DNA of 64,000 bases from Eledone cirrhosa. Its lineage: Eukaryota. Below, piece after piece: positions 28,140 to 40,950 of the stretch; position 1 is the first letter of the stretch; each line of letters starts with the position of its first letter. Position numbers and translations under genes: made by a program. The notes under the pieces were generated by a model. It saw only the letters and a program-made list of their open reading frames with translations, was not told the origin of the DNA and ran no database searches. The DNA is taken from the NCBI GenBank assembly GCA_964016885.1, contig OZ024763.1, positions 9,796,001-9,860,000 on the forward strand. The letters run 5' to 3'.

Positions 28140-29110
28140 TTTCTATGTCTGAAAGCTCTTCCTAACAGCAACCCACTCACAGGGTGCACTGGTTGCAGCT
28201 CTTCGTGGCACTAGCACAGTAAATCTGCCATGCCATGATTGAAGGTCCTTCCTTGATGAAGTCACTGCAGCATTAGATGTAGTTAAGACTGAGTCATATA
28301 ACCTGATGGGAGACTTTAATGCACATGTTGGTACTGACGACCTGACATGGAAAGAAGTGAATGGAAGGATTGACGACCCCAATCTAAATACGAATGGAGG
28401 TGCCTTACTAGAATTCTGTTCTAGCAATGGACTCTCTATTATGAACACCTTCTTCCAGCACAGAGACATCCATAAATATACATGGTATAAGGGGAATCAG
28501 GGATTCCCCTTAGAGATCAATAATTGATTTTATTATTGTCTCTGATCTCTTTGATTCTGTGCTGGATGTCCATGTTAAGAGCGGGCTGGGATGTCAACTG
28601 ATCACCATCTAGTTCTCTGCAGCTTGAGACTACCTAGAGCCAAAGAACCCCACAAAACTGACAGGTCCAGGGTGACCTACAGATAAAGTGGGAAGCATTT
28701 GTGGATAAGGAAGTCAGGACCAGGTATGCAGATATTATTGCATCCAAATCCAGAGAACTTCCTGAGCAAACTGAAGACGTTCAGACAGAGTGGCGATTGT
28801 AAATGCTGTGGGCTTAGTGTGGCGCCAGATGGCAGGAGGACCCCTTGGTTCAATCAAGAGGTCAATGATGCCATCTGAGCAAAGAAGGAGGCCTACAAAC
28901 CGTGGCTTGGAAATAAGTCCTGCTTCTTGCATTTGCAGTGCAAACAGGCGTGAAAAGTCATAACAGAGACATTAAAGGCGTCTGAAGTTAAGACATGGGA
29001 GGACTTTGAGGTTAACCTGGAATCTGACTTCCAATCAGCAAATAAAGTGTTCTGGCAGACCATCCACCAACTTTGTAATAAGAAGCCCTTCTCCACACCT
29101 GCTATCAAAT
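28140..29110 (+). mobile_element. Degraded LINE AP-endonuclease fragment (RTE-like)
   Basis: MGDFNAHVG, LLEFC...LSIMNTFFQH...YTW. Confidence 0.75.
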
Positions 29111-29772
29111 GATTTGCCCTTTAACTAAATTAGAAACTGTTATAGATATCTGCATTGTGAAGACTGTATTTTTAAATTAAGTATTCTATGGCATTATTTG
29201 TTTCAATGTAAAAACTACCAGGCTGCATGAGAGAACATCTTGAAGCTGGAATTTAAAAAACTACCAAGATTGGAGGTGCAATATTTTATCAAGAATCTAT
29301 CAACTATAAACAAGATCTTCCGATACATGAAAGTTGTGAAAAGATTCAATGACAGAAACATGCTTTGCAGCTGTCTTTGTTTTTCTTCTTATTTTTGCTT
29401 CTTTTTTCCTTTTCTTTTTCTCTCTCTTGTTTTTGTTTCTAAATTCTAAGGGGTATTAAATACCTCTCCTAGATAGGCATAGCTTACCAGCTCATTCAAT
29501 TAACCAGGGTTAGCCATCTAAAGGGCTCACTCCTGCTGATGGCCAGCTCTGCCTTGATAGCAATGAGAAGGGAGGTGATACAGGGACCAAGACTGCCAGA
29601 AGTTTCCTAAGCAACAGGTTCAACAATAAACCTATTGAAAACCTATCAATAGGTTTATAATCATAAGTCAAACACACTAACCACTAGGCCACAAGCTCTA
29701 TATGAATGTTTAAATTGATTAAATAGGTAAATAAATTATTTAATGTGTTGCTCATTTTTATAATATTTCCAG

Positions 29773-29891
29773 ATTTTGTTCTTGTGTATATGGAGAAAAC
29801 TGAAAAGGCAACCTTCCAAGATAACAAGATAAAAGGATTCCGGAAAAAATTCAAATCAAATCTTGTTAAAACTGGTCTCTTATTAGAAGAA
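29773..29891 (+). CDS. ANO7: Anoctamin exon: (D)FVLVYMEK...FKSNLVKTGLLLEE
   Basis: ttccag acceptor, gtatga donor, phase 1 to 0; DFVLVY and F..NL...GL.LE motifs. Confidence 0.92.
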
Positions 29892-29922
29892 GTATGATAC
29901 TTTTATTATTATTATTATTGTT

Positions 29923-30138
29923 AGGACGGTGGATTGGCAGAATCGGTAGAGCATCGGGCAACATGCTTCGCGGCATAGAATTACGGCCCTTTACATTCTG
30001 AGTTCAAATCCCACCAAGGTTAACTTTGCCTTTCATCCTTACGGGGTCGATAAAATAAAGTACCAGTAATACACTGGGGTAGATTTAATCGACTTTTCCA
30101 CTACCCCAAAATTGCTGGCCTTGTGCCTATAGTAGAGG
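29923..30138 (+). mobile_element. SINE A followed by long trinucleotide tract
   Basis: Family match; begins ~30 nt after an exon donor. Confidence 0.85.
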
Positions 30139-30139
30139 C

Positions 30140-30394
30140 TATTGTTGTTGTTACTGTTGTTGGTGTTGCTGTTGTTGTTGTTACTGTTGTTGTTGTTACT
30201 GTTGAGGTTGGGGTTGTTGTTGTTGTTGCTGTTGCTGTTGTTGTTGTTGTTACTGTTGCTGTTGTTGCTGTTGCTGTTGTTGTTACTGTTGCTGTTGTTG
30301 CTGTTGTTACTGTTGCTGCTGTTGTTACTGTTGTTGTTACTGTTGTTGTTACTGTTGCTGTTGTTGCTGTTGTGGTTGTTGTTGTTACTGTTGC

Positions 30395-30425
<31 letters not shown>

Positions 30426-30665
30426 ACTGTTGCTGTTGTTGCTGTTGTGGTTGTTGTTGTTACTGTTGCTGTTACTGTTGTTGTTGTTGTTACTGTTGCT
30501 GTTGTTACTGTTGCTGTTGTTGTTGTTACTGTTGTTACTGTTGCTGTTGTTGTTGTTACTGTTGTTGTTGTTGTTACTGTTGCTGTTGTTGTTGTTGTTA
30601 CTGTTGCTGTTGTTGTTGTTGTTGCTGCTGCTGCTGGTACAGTTGTCATTGTTGTTGTTGTTGTT
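30140..30665 (+). repeat. Cryptic (GTT/GCT/ACT)n trinucleotide tract
   Basis: Direct reading. Confidence 0.95.
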
Positions 30666-30671
30666 GGCAAT

Positions 30672-31215
30672 CTGTGTCCAGGGTCTCCACAAAACTGGTT
30701 AAGAAGCATTGTACTAAAATCCAAGACTGAAGGATTTCTAATTGCATCACAAGATGAAAGCCCCCCCCCCCCCACCAGACACCACCAAAAGTACAGAATG
30801 AAGCAGAACACAGAATGTGTGGTGGTGAGGAAGAAATAATTAACCTCATTATCTCTGGCTACAGAGACATGATGGAATTGAGATTTACATACACTGGAAG
30901 TTATGCTAACACTATGAAATACCAACAGAAAAAGGTGGTACAAACATACACCAGAAAAGGTGCCAGAGAAAGACAAAGCAACCATATTCGGAGATTTGTC
31001 AATACACACAGACAGGGAGATCAAAGACCACAAAGAAAAAACGACTTCTAATTGATGTATCAATCTCCACAGATGACAATATATTTACCAAAGAAATGGA
31101 GAAACTATCCAAATTTAGAGATAGAAATAATCTGAATATGGATGATGAAAACAGAAACAATACCTATAATAATAGGTGCCCTGGGAATGATAAAAAAAAC
31201 ACAGACAGATAATCT
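30672..31215 (+). mobile_element. R4/Dong-type C-terminal (restriction-like endonuclease) fragment
   Basis: TEGFLIASQD, LIDVSI..D, KE.EKLSK, IPIIIGALG. Confidence 0.7.
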
Positions 31216-32299
31216 TGGGTCCTTAAAAATAAGCAGAGAGGTTGGAAAATCAGTAATTTTCTAGGTTGTCTCTGTTGATTTTTTTTATAAACCAGAATTA
31301 GTCGTTTAATTTACATATTGAGACATCCCACCAATCCATTCTATTTATTTTATAACGTATGGGATTTCTTGTAATGTATTTTTTTGTCATGTATAATGTT
31401 TTTTAATGTCTAAAAATAATTAATTGTTGCAGGAATGCTACCACTTAAAATAAAATTTTGCCAGAGATAGATTAGCAAAATTTAATAAGCAGGGAGGGGG
31501 GAATCGGAAAAATTAATAAATGGTGGGTGGGGGGCGATTATTCGAGACCCGAGAGTACATAATCAAAACCCCAGGACTCACAAATATATACAGCATATAA
31601 AAAATAGCATTATACATAGAGCACTCTCAATACAATAGAAACAAACCCACAAAAAACGACACTGCACATAGCCAAGGTACACAGAGCTGTGCTCAGTAAT
31701 GAAGTGATGAAACAATAAAAGTAAGACTAATAACAATAATAATAGTTTCTGCTGTAGGCACATGGCCAACAATTTGGGGGGAGAGGAAATTTGATTAACC
31801 CTTTAGCATTTAAACCAGCTGTATCTAGAATTCTCTCACCTCTTTCTGATCAAACTGGCCATAACCGGCTGCCCATACTTATGTTAATAAGTATGAAAAT
31901 AATCAATTTGGAGGGATTTTGTAATGTAACTAATTTTCTCATTATTAAGCTAGTATTTGGAACATAACTTAACAAATGTTCTTACATAAAATCGTGAAGG
32001 AAGGTAGGTTTATAAATATAAAGACTTTAAAACACAATTTTGTATGATAAAAGCAGGTGTAGTTTTAAGTGGTTTGGTATCAATGGAGTTAATTTTAAAT
32101 GATTATTTGTTGAATATCCCAAAGGAAAATTTTGAAATTACCATAAAACAAACATTTTTCAGATTTTATTGAAATCAATAACTTTTGTTTGTTATTTTCT
32201 GGTTAATAGTGTTGACTTAATATTTTAAATGGTAACAGCTGGTGGGAACAGACTGCCAAAGAACTGCTGGATGTGTGGCAACCTGTATTGAACCTCCAT

Positions 32300-33092
32300 C
32301 AGTTCCCACAAGTATTCCAGTTGTTTGATTAATGGAACAGCCTGCTCATGAAATTAACATGCAAGTGACTGAGCATTCCACAGACACATGTTTCCTGAAT
32401 GTGATTCTCAGTCGAGGATAAATTTACCACCTTAGGGATTAAAGAAATCTACCACCCTAGGGTGCAATATATCATACTTAAAAATTAATTGGCAAGTAGC
32501 TGATGTGCCCTTAACATAATTCTCAGGGAGATTCAGTGTGGTGCAGTAATGTGACAAGGCTGTTAGAGCTCCATTAGTCCCAACAACAATTGTTCCAGTT
32601 GCTTGATCAACAGGACAGTCGAGTCATGAAATCAATGTGGAAGTGGCTGATGTGTCCTTAACATAGTTCTCAGGGAGATTCAGCATGGCATAGTGTATGG
32701 TAATGTTGTCAGATCTCTATTGGTTCTGATGATAAATGTTCCAGTTGTTCAATCAACAGGACAGCCTGCTCAGAAAATTAACATACAAATGGCAGAACAT
32801 TTTATAGATATAGTTCTCAGGGAGATTCAACATGACACAGTGTGGGATAAGATTGACTCTTTAATTTACAGGTATAGTCTATCTTGCAAGGGGCTGGGCA
32901 TTTTTTTACAGACACATGTTCCCATAACATAGTCCTCAGAGAGATCCACATGATGCAGTGTGTGACAAGGTTGGCCCTTTACCATACAGGTACAACTCGT
33001 TTTTGTCAGCCTAGTGGACTAGAGCAATGTAAAATAGAGTGTCTTGCTGAAGGAGACAATGCTTTGCTTTGTCTTGGAATTGAACTAAAACA
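32300..33092 (-). mobile_element. Old CORE-type SINE with tandemly repeated tail segments
   Basis: Several degenerate repeats of gttccagttg...gaaattaac...ttctcagggagattca, followed by a reversed CORE block. Confidence 0.55.
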
Positions 33093-33194
33093 CTACAGAG
33101 AGAGTGAGAGTGTGAGAGATGGAGGGAGAATTGATGGCAATACTGGTACATTTTTATTGACTTCAAAAATATGAAAGTCAATCAGCGAGATATA

Positions 33195-33578
33195 CATACA
33201 TACATAGTGTACACCCGACATTCATGGTTCCGACATTCGCAGTCCCAGTTATTCGTGGAATTTTCCTTAGAACCTAACAATTGTTTGTGGAAACCACCGC
33301 ATATTCGCGGAATCATAAATATCTTCCGTGATTTTTTATGGCTTCTTTCGAGGCAATATATATTATTTTAATGCTAAATTATAAAAAACAATATACTGTA
33401 TTTGCTTGGCCTATTGGACGCCCCTTCGCATAAGAAGCTCCCTCTTTTTTCATTATATTTTAAGCTATATTTTGACGTTTATAGACATTTTTATGGACCA
33501 CATCCAATATTCGTGGTTTTTCACTCTTCACGGGTGCTCTAGAAACGTAACCCCTGCAAATACCAGGGAACAACTGTG
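33195..33578. mobile_element. Tigger/pogo-like MITE
   Basis: Repeated attcgc/gtgg sub-terminal motifs and an ...agggaacaactg end in TA-rich context. Confidence 0.45.
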
Positions 33579-33989
33579 TGTATATATATATAGGTTGTTT
33601 ACATCAAAAACTGTTTGATTTAGCTTCTAATTAAGACAGTGACTGTTGCCAGGAGTTATTTACTGGTTAGACCAGTCACCCATTATCAGAAAGACATGGA
33701 GTTTCATTCTTCATAGTGATCACTGGCCACGTTTCATCTATAAAGGGTCTTTATCTATAAAACTATTTATAGCAGCCAAAATCACTAAGGGGTATAATAC
33801 TGTAGAAGCAACTCTCTCTAGAGGTAAAAAATTATCCTTATGGCAGTTTCAAAGTCCCAAAATATAACAGATAGCCCTTCAATAGATTGATATAGCCAAG
33901 ATTAACCAGATGGACTTCTCTTCGGAGGATATATGTATAATTTGTTGCTCCCGGTATGGGTTTTGTCTGTTTATTCGAATATTTACCTT

Positions 33990-34250
33990 TCAATTCTTCC
34001 TCTAAATCTCTTTCTTACTTCCATCCTCTCGCTCTCTATCCTTCTCTGGAAGAAATCTGTATTCAGAGTTGGAGAGGAGATGGGCTCTGTCAGGTTTTGT
34101 AAAGCTGTATGTAAATAGGGCACCCCGTTAACTCCCTCAGGAGTAACGAGAAAGAAATTGTAGAAGCATGGTTGGAGTGTCAGGTAGGTTGCTAGAAAAA
34201 GGAATTAGGCAGGTAATTAATTGTTCGCATTGCTTCTGTTTCAGGCCCAT
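33990..34250 (+). repeat. 261-bp direct duplicate of 36931-37191
   Basis: Near-identical; includes the acceptor tcag and the first six exon bases GCCCAT. Confidence 0.92.
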
Positions 34251-34384
34251 ACTATTAACGATGGCCATATATCCCCAGGAAGAGATGCTTCTACATCTAT
34301 CCCTCAGTGATTTTGTATAAAATGTTCTATATATATTTGCTTCTCTGAATCAGATTTTTTAGCGACCTCTTTTCATTGAGATGT

Positions 34385-34426
<42 letters not shown>

Positions 34427-34483
34427 CCTAGACAGTAATCTTGCGAACAAATATCGTCCGCACCCTGTATATATATATATATA

Positions 34484-35782
34484 CAGGGTGCGGATGATAT
34501 TTGTTCGCAAGATTACTGTCTAGGAAAAAATAACACAGTAGTTTTATTTTTTAAGATTTATTTATCAAACTTGGGTCAGTTTGTCTTCATGACTTGTTCT
34601 TTCGATCTCACTCGATAAACCTGCCATTGGCTTTGATGATGGCCTCAAGGCGGCCTCGGAACGGGTTACAGGCCTTCGTCACTGTCCCTCGACTTAGACC
34701 CCTAAAGGCACTTGTGATCTTGGCCTTCAGATCGTCTTTCGTATTGCAGCTAGATCTGTTGGTGACTCGTTCCACTGCGCCCCTCACAAAGAAGTGAAGG
34801 GGGTTGCAGTCAAGCAAGCTGGGAGGCCAGATGTCAGGTGAAGTGTGGTCGACGAAGTTCTCTGACAGCCAGGCTTGGGTCTTTCGGCTGGTATGGCAGG
34901 GCGGTGAGTCTTGCTGCCACACGTACGGCCTACCTGCAGCTACCTGGTCGATCTAGGGCTTTACTACCTCTCTCAGAACGCGGATGTAGCCATTGATGTT
35001 CAGCTTGAGGCCCTCAGGGAAGAAGTGAGGTGGCATGACGTCACTTTGACTGCTGACGACACCTAAGACCAATGTTGTCGCTGGAAACTTTGTCTGCATG
35101 ACTCTGGGCACGTCTTTGGATGAGACAGCGAGCCACCTGTTGTTCTGGGAGTTGATCTTCTGGTCTTGGCAGAAGTTTTTCTCGTCGTAGAAAAACCACA
35201 GCATGTCTGGCTCCAGTGGGTGTTTCAACTTCTTGATCAGCTTCTTTGCATGCTTCAGTTGCTTTTCTTGCATTGCTTTGACAGAAATTGTCCTTTCCTC
35301 ATCTTGTATGAAACGTAGCGAATGTCTTCATGTACCACCAGCCTAATGAGCTTTTCATCCACGCTGCCTTTCTCCCTTGCAATGGCACGCATCGACTTGC
35401 TAGGTTCATTGTTGATGATATCCTGAACTTCAGCAACGAACTCGGGCATTCTAAAGGCATCAGATCGTCGATCATGTGTTTTCCTCTCTGATGTTGCTTC
35501 GTAGTCGAATCCTGAATCTTCCAATTCCTTTCTGACCTTTTCCACCATTCTCCTGCTGACACTGAGAAAGTCTGAAATTTCCCTATTTGTCCTCCCAGCG
35601 CGGATTCCAAGAAGAACTCCGTGTCTCTTCCACAAATTTGGAGGTTCAAAATTATTCATAATCAATTATTCTGAAAATAAATAATGGAAATATAGTCACT
35701 GTTTTTATGAAGACAAGAGTGACAACGGAAGTAAGAAAAAATTTGCATAATATTAGCAGTTGAAAATATCGTCCACACCTTG
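34484..35782 (-). mobile_element. Tc1/mariner DD37D (maT-type) transposon, defective
   Basis: ~19-bp imperfect TIRs in TA. Transposase broken by a frameshift and a stop. FYDEK, QQD-x37-H (third catalytic D mutated). Confidence 0.88.
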
Positions 35783-35909
35783 TATATATATATATGCTCC
35801 TTCTACTTGGAGTTGCAACTGATAGATAGTATTAGCAATTGGAAAGACCAACGGAAACATTGTTTCTTCGGTCCAATTTGACGAAAGTCGATCAACATAT
35901 ATATAAATA

Positions 35910-36182
35910 TTCAATGATATTAAATAAAGGAAACTATATTTATTTTATTATATATATTTCAAGGGTACCAAAATCTTTGGTACGCTTTCATCAGATAAAA
36001 TACATCTGATGAAAGCATACCAAAGTTTTTGGTACCCTTGAAATATATATAATAAAATAAATATGGTTTTATAAATATAATTTCCATTTATTTAATATCA
36101 TTGAAAATCTGTTGAGTGCTTTGAATGAGTTATAAACATTTATATTTGTTGAATTACCAACAAATTGAATATCCCTTCTACT
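35910..36182. ncRNA. Palindromic Penelope-type pLTR-like element with minimal hammerhead ribozyme (complete on - strand, 35942-36001)
   Basis: Minus strand reads AUUUUAU-CUGAUGA-AAGCGUACCAAA GAU UUUGGUACCCUU-GAAA-UAUAUA-UA-AUAAAAU. Imperfect inverted arms 35910-36105; (TA)n flanks. Confidence 0.7.
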
Positions 36183-36299
36183 TATATATATATATATATA
36201 TAATATTAATTTAACAATGAGAATAATAACAAAGCCAACTTATTTTACCTATTCATTATATATACATATGTATACATATATATATATATATTTTATCAG

Positions 36300-36407
36300 G
36301 AAATCCTAAAAAGTGAAAAGAAAAATATTCACCACATCAAAATCCATGCCCCTTGGGAATTACTGTGTTATTACGCTGAAAACCTGAACTTTCGAGCACC
36401 ACTACAG
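36300..36407 (+). CDS. ANO7: Anoctamin exon: EILKSEKKNIHHIKIHAPWELLCYYAENLNFRAPLQ
   Basis: ttatcag / gtaagc; KIHAPW..L..YAE motif of the anoctamin N-terminal domain. Confidence 0.93.
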
Positions 36408-37185
36408 GTAAGCAGAATAATGTTTTCTGTTCTCTCTCTATCTCCCTCCTCCTCTATCTATCTATCTATCTCTCCCTCTCAATCTTTCTATATCCTCTCT
36501 CACATGCCTAAAACATCAGCCATGGTTCTATGATACTAAGCAGTTTGTTTTAATGTTTATACTTATATATTTATCTAAAAGACCATCCAACATAATTGTT
36601 GTTTGGAACATAACTTAACAAAAGTTCTTACATGAATTCATGATGGCAGGTTTTTAGATAAATTTAACCCTTTTGTTACCATATTTTTTATGAGATAATT
36701 CTGAAAATAACCAAGAATTTGGTAGGATTTAGTAATATAACCATTATCACTGTTCCTAGTTCAACTTGGTATTGTAGAAGCAAGATGACTAATTAGTCAT
36801 TAGAACATCAGACAGAGTGCCTTGCAGTATTTGTTTCAGCTCTCTGCTCTCTGAGTTCAAATTCCGCCATGGTCAACTTTGCATTTCATCCATTCAAGGT
36901 TGGTAGAAAAGTACCAGTCAAATACTGGTGTCAATTCTTCCTCTAAATCTCTTTCTTACTTCCATCCTCTCGCTCTCTATCCTTCTCTGGAAGAAATCTG
37001 TATTCAGACCTGGAGAGGAGATAGGCTCTGTCAGGTTTTGTAAAGCTGTATGTAAATAGGGCACCCCTACAACTCCCTCAGGAGTAACGAGAAAGAAATT
37101 GTAGAAGCATGGTTGGAGTGTCAGGTAGGTTGCTAGAAAAAGGAATTAGGCAGGTAATTAATTGTTCTCATTGCTTCTTTTTCAG

Positions 37186-37322
37186 GCCCATCCCCATCCT
37201 ATAAGAAATTGGTCTGCTGGAGTGCTTGAAATGTTTAAAATACCCAATATAATGCAACACAACGTCCCCAACCGTCCACCAGATTATTACACATGCCAAT
37301 TTAAGGCCAGCAAAATTGATAA
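37186..37322 (+). CDS. ANO7: Anoctamin exon: AHPHPIRNWSAGVLEMFKIPNIMQHNVPNRPPDYYTCQFKASKID
   Basis: ttttcag / gtaagt; resembles the ANO7 NWSA...IPN...VP..PP.YY.C.F segment. Confidence 0.9.
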
Positions 37323-37750
37323 GTAAGTCACAATTACTAAACTAATAAATTATTAACTACTACTACTACTTCTACTACTACTACTACTACTATTACTACT
37401 ACTACTACTATGATTATTATACTCAAAACACATTCAAGAAGAATGTACACAAACACACCTATGTGTCTGTCTACATACATACATCATTATCATCATCATC
37501 ATTTTACGTCCACTTTTCCCTGCTTGCAAGGGTGGGACGGGAACTGATTCTGGCTTGATTTCTACAGCTGGATGCCCTTCCTAACACCAACCTCATTTAC
37601 AGTGAGTGCTGTGTGCTTTTTTTCTGTGGCACCTCCACGACCACTTTGCGGTGGAATGATAGGGACTGGGGTCCCTATCATCTCATTTCTACAGCTGAGT
37701 AAATTGTATTTATATATATATATATATATATATATAAATATATATATATA

Positions 37751-40457
37751 TCATCATCATCATCACCGTTTTACGTCCTTCCTAACACCAACCTCATTTA
37801 CAGTGAGTGCTGGGTGCTTTTTCCGTGGCGCCTACACGTCCACTTTACAGTGTGGGCTGGGTGCTTTTTTGCCGTGGCACCTCCACGACCACCTTGCAGT
37901 GGGAGGGTGTGGGAGCATATTGTCTATATGCTTCAGCTTGTACTCATGGGTGGTCGGGTACCTGTATTACTGCGTGACGCCAGAGATCACGGTCGTGTCT
38001 CATTGCCTTTGAGAGGTGTAATTGGGTAAGGTGGGCTTTTATCACCTCATCCCAGGTCTTCTTGGGTCTCCCCACTCTGCGGTTTCCATTGACTTCTATG
38101 GCTCTGCGCCTTTTTATGCAGCTGTCATCCTTCATACGCATCACATGTCCATACCAATGCAACCGCTTCTCCTGCACACAGCATTTGATTCCTCTTATGC
38201 TCAGTCTCTTCCTCAATTCATTTATGCTTTGTCGTTCGCGTATATTACTATTACACATCCATCGGAGCATGCAGGCTTCGTTTCTTTCTAATTTACGTAA
38301 GTCTTCCACCTTCAGCGCCCAGGTCTCACTACCATGTAACATTGCTGTTCGGATACACGCATCATACAGTCTGTCTTTCATTTTGAGGGAGAAGCCTTTT
38401 GCAGCTAGCAGTGGCAGTAGTTCCCTGAACTTCTTCCATCCCGTTCTTACCCTAGTTATTGTACTTTCTGAACACCCACCTCCGCTGCTAATTCAGTCAC
38501 CTAGGTAGCAGAAGCTGTCTACTGTTTCTACAGAGCCCTCCCAGAGATTGGTGGTATTTGTTTCCTGTGGCTGTTTGCTGCTTGCTGTCCCAGCACAGCT
38601 GCTGCATGTGAAGCCTACATTCTTAATTAAGCTTCCTGAGATCACGCTACATCTCTTGTGTACCCATTGTTTGCATTTGGGGCAGAGAATGGAGTTCCTA
38701 CCTACACCTTTCCTACATACTGAGCAAGGCCATTTCCCTGAGGGGATCTGGGTTCTGTTTTCTCGTCTACTTACAAGGACCTTAGTCTGTGTCATGTTGA
38801 CTTTGAGACCCTTTCTTTCTAGTCCCTGCTTCCAAGTTTGGAATTTCTTCTCTAGTTCTACCATAGATTCAGCTATAAGTGCGAGGTCATCAGCATACAA
38901 GAGTTCCCATGGAAATCTGGTCTTAAACTCCTCCGTTATTGCCTGCAGGACTATGATGAACAGGAGAGGGCTAAGAACAGAGCCCTGGTGGACACCAACC
39001 TGTACGCTAAATTCCTCGCTATACTCATTGCTAATCCTAACTTTGCTGACTGCTCCCCTATACATGGCTTGTACAGCTTTCACAAGCCATTCATCTACTC
39101 CTAGTTTTCTAAGAGCCCACCAGATTACAGCACGTGGAACTCTGTCAAAGGCTTTCTCGAGATCGACGAATGCCAGGTAGAGTGGCTTACTTTTAGCTAG
39201 GTACTTTTCCTGTAACTGCCTCGCAAGGAAGAGTGCATCAGTGGTGCCTCTTCCTGGTACAAACCCAAATTGCATCTCATCTAGTTTCACCCAGTCCCTA
39301 ATCAACTGTGCTATAACTCTTTCTGTTACTTTCATGACCTGGTCCATCAGCTTTATACCTCTATAGTTTCCTCTATATAGTGCATCACCTTTACCTTTGT
39401 AGCAGTTGACAATGATGCTACTGCACCAATCTTTTGGTATGACACCTTCTAGTATTACCTGGTTAACAATACGTGTGGTTATAGTGTGACCTACAGACCC
39501 AGATGCTTTCAGCATCTCGGCAGCTATACCTGATGGACCGGTTGCCTTCCCCATCTTCATATCTTTGATTGCCTTACTTACTATGGTGCTGCTGACTTGT
39601 ACTGCTGGCCCCTCTATAGGGTCTACTTGGGGTAGGGTCTCTTCTTCCCATGCATTCTCCTCATTTAGTAATCTATCATAATGACTCTTCCATGCATCTT
39701 TCTTCTCAGCACTTGTGAGGGCAAGCTCACCTTTATCATTCCGGATACACGTCTCTCCAATGACATCACAACTATCTCTGACACACTGCCTTGCAATCTT
39801 GAATACCTCCTGTTTCTGGTCCTCACGTTGCAAAACATGCTTGAATTTTCTATCCTCTGCTTCCCTCCTAGCTAAGTATACTTGTCGCCTAGCTTCCCTC
39901 TTGGTCTCTATGTAATGTACCCTGCTCCCCCCATTCTTCCATTCTTTCCATGCCTGTCTCTTGGCCTTAACTGCCTCATCTACCTTATTGTTCCACCACC
40001 AAGTCACTCTCCTCCTGCTTGTGGTCTTACTCCAGCCACAGACCTCATCCGTCGCCTCTAGTAAGTTATTTTTTAGGAACTCCCAGTGCTCTTCTACATT
40101 GAATGTCTCTATCTGTTCTTCTTTACTGTCGTAGGCGTTGAGTAAAATATCTTTAAATCTGTTACTGGCTGAGGGGTCTTTCAGCTTCCAGATCTTTCTT
40201 CTCCAGGTTGGCCTCTGTTTCCAGGTTCGTCTAGTTCTGACCGTGAGGTCGCTGACAACTAAGCTATGTTGGAAAGTACATTCCTCACTAGGGTAGGCTT
40301 TTGTGTTTACGACCGTCCATCTGTCACGTCCTCTGATGAGGATAAAATCTATCTGACTAGAATGCTCCCCTGATCTATCGGTGATCAGGTGGTTGTCGGG
40401 TTTTTTGAAGTTTGTGTTACATATCGACATGTCATTGGCGTCGCAGAATTCTAGAAG
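37751..40457 (-). mobile_element. 5'-truncated young RTE-clade LINE (end of APE, RT, Cys-rich insert, 3' UTR, (GAT)n tail)
   Basis: 664-aa ORF with QFGF, FVDLEKAFD, GVHQGSVLSP, LLYADD; both ends abut (TA)n. Confidence 0.95.
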
Positions 40458-40476
40458 TATATATATATATATATAT

Positions 40477-40911
40477 ATATTAAACAAATGGAAATTACAT
40501 TTATAAAACCATATTTATTTCATTATATATATTTCAGGGATATCATATTAAAAATATGGTATGCCCTCTTCAGATAAAATACAATATATAGACAGCTTTA
40601 TAAATAAATTTGACATACCTTCGAGTTCACAACTTCCATTTAAAAAGTAACAACTTTTTAAATGGAAGTTGTGAACTCGAAGGTATGTCAAATTTATTTA
40701 TAAAGCTGTCTATATATTGTATTTTATCTGAAGAGGGCATACCATATTTTTAATATGATATCCCTGAAATATATATAATGAAATAAATATGGTTTTATAA
40801 ATGTAATTTCCATTTGTTTAATATCGTAAAATACTCCAAAACCTGTTGAGTGCTTTTATATCAGTTATAAAATATTTACTCGTTGTAACCCAACATTTTA
40901 AATAAAACTTT

Positions 40912-40915
<4 letters not shown>
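40477..40915. ncRNA. Perfect 348-bp palindrome with hammerhead motif (+ strand 40721-40784) plus unique tail
   Basis: 172-bp arms around a 4-nt loop (40649-40652). AUUUUAU-CUGAAGA-stem II-GAAA-UAUAUA-UA-AUGAAAU. (TA)n on both sides. Confidence 0.72.

Positions 40916-40948
<33 letters not shown>

Positions 40949-40950
<2 letters not shown>

Noticed and set aside
30039-31063. Mucin-like poly-T, poly-N, poly-V and poly-L ORFs
   Set aside because: Trinucleotide microsatellite after a SINE; open in most frames.
33620-33990. Possible decayed GIY-YIG on the minus strand
   Set aside because: Needs several frameshifts to read a YIGET-like motif; too weak to call.
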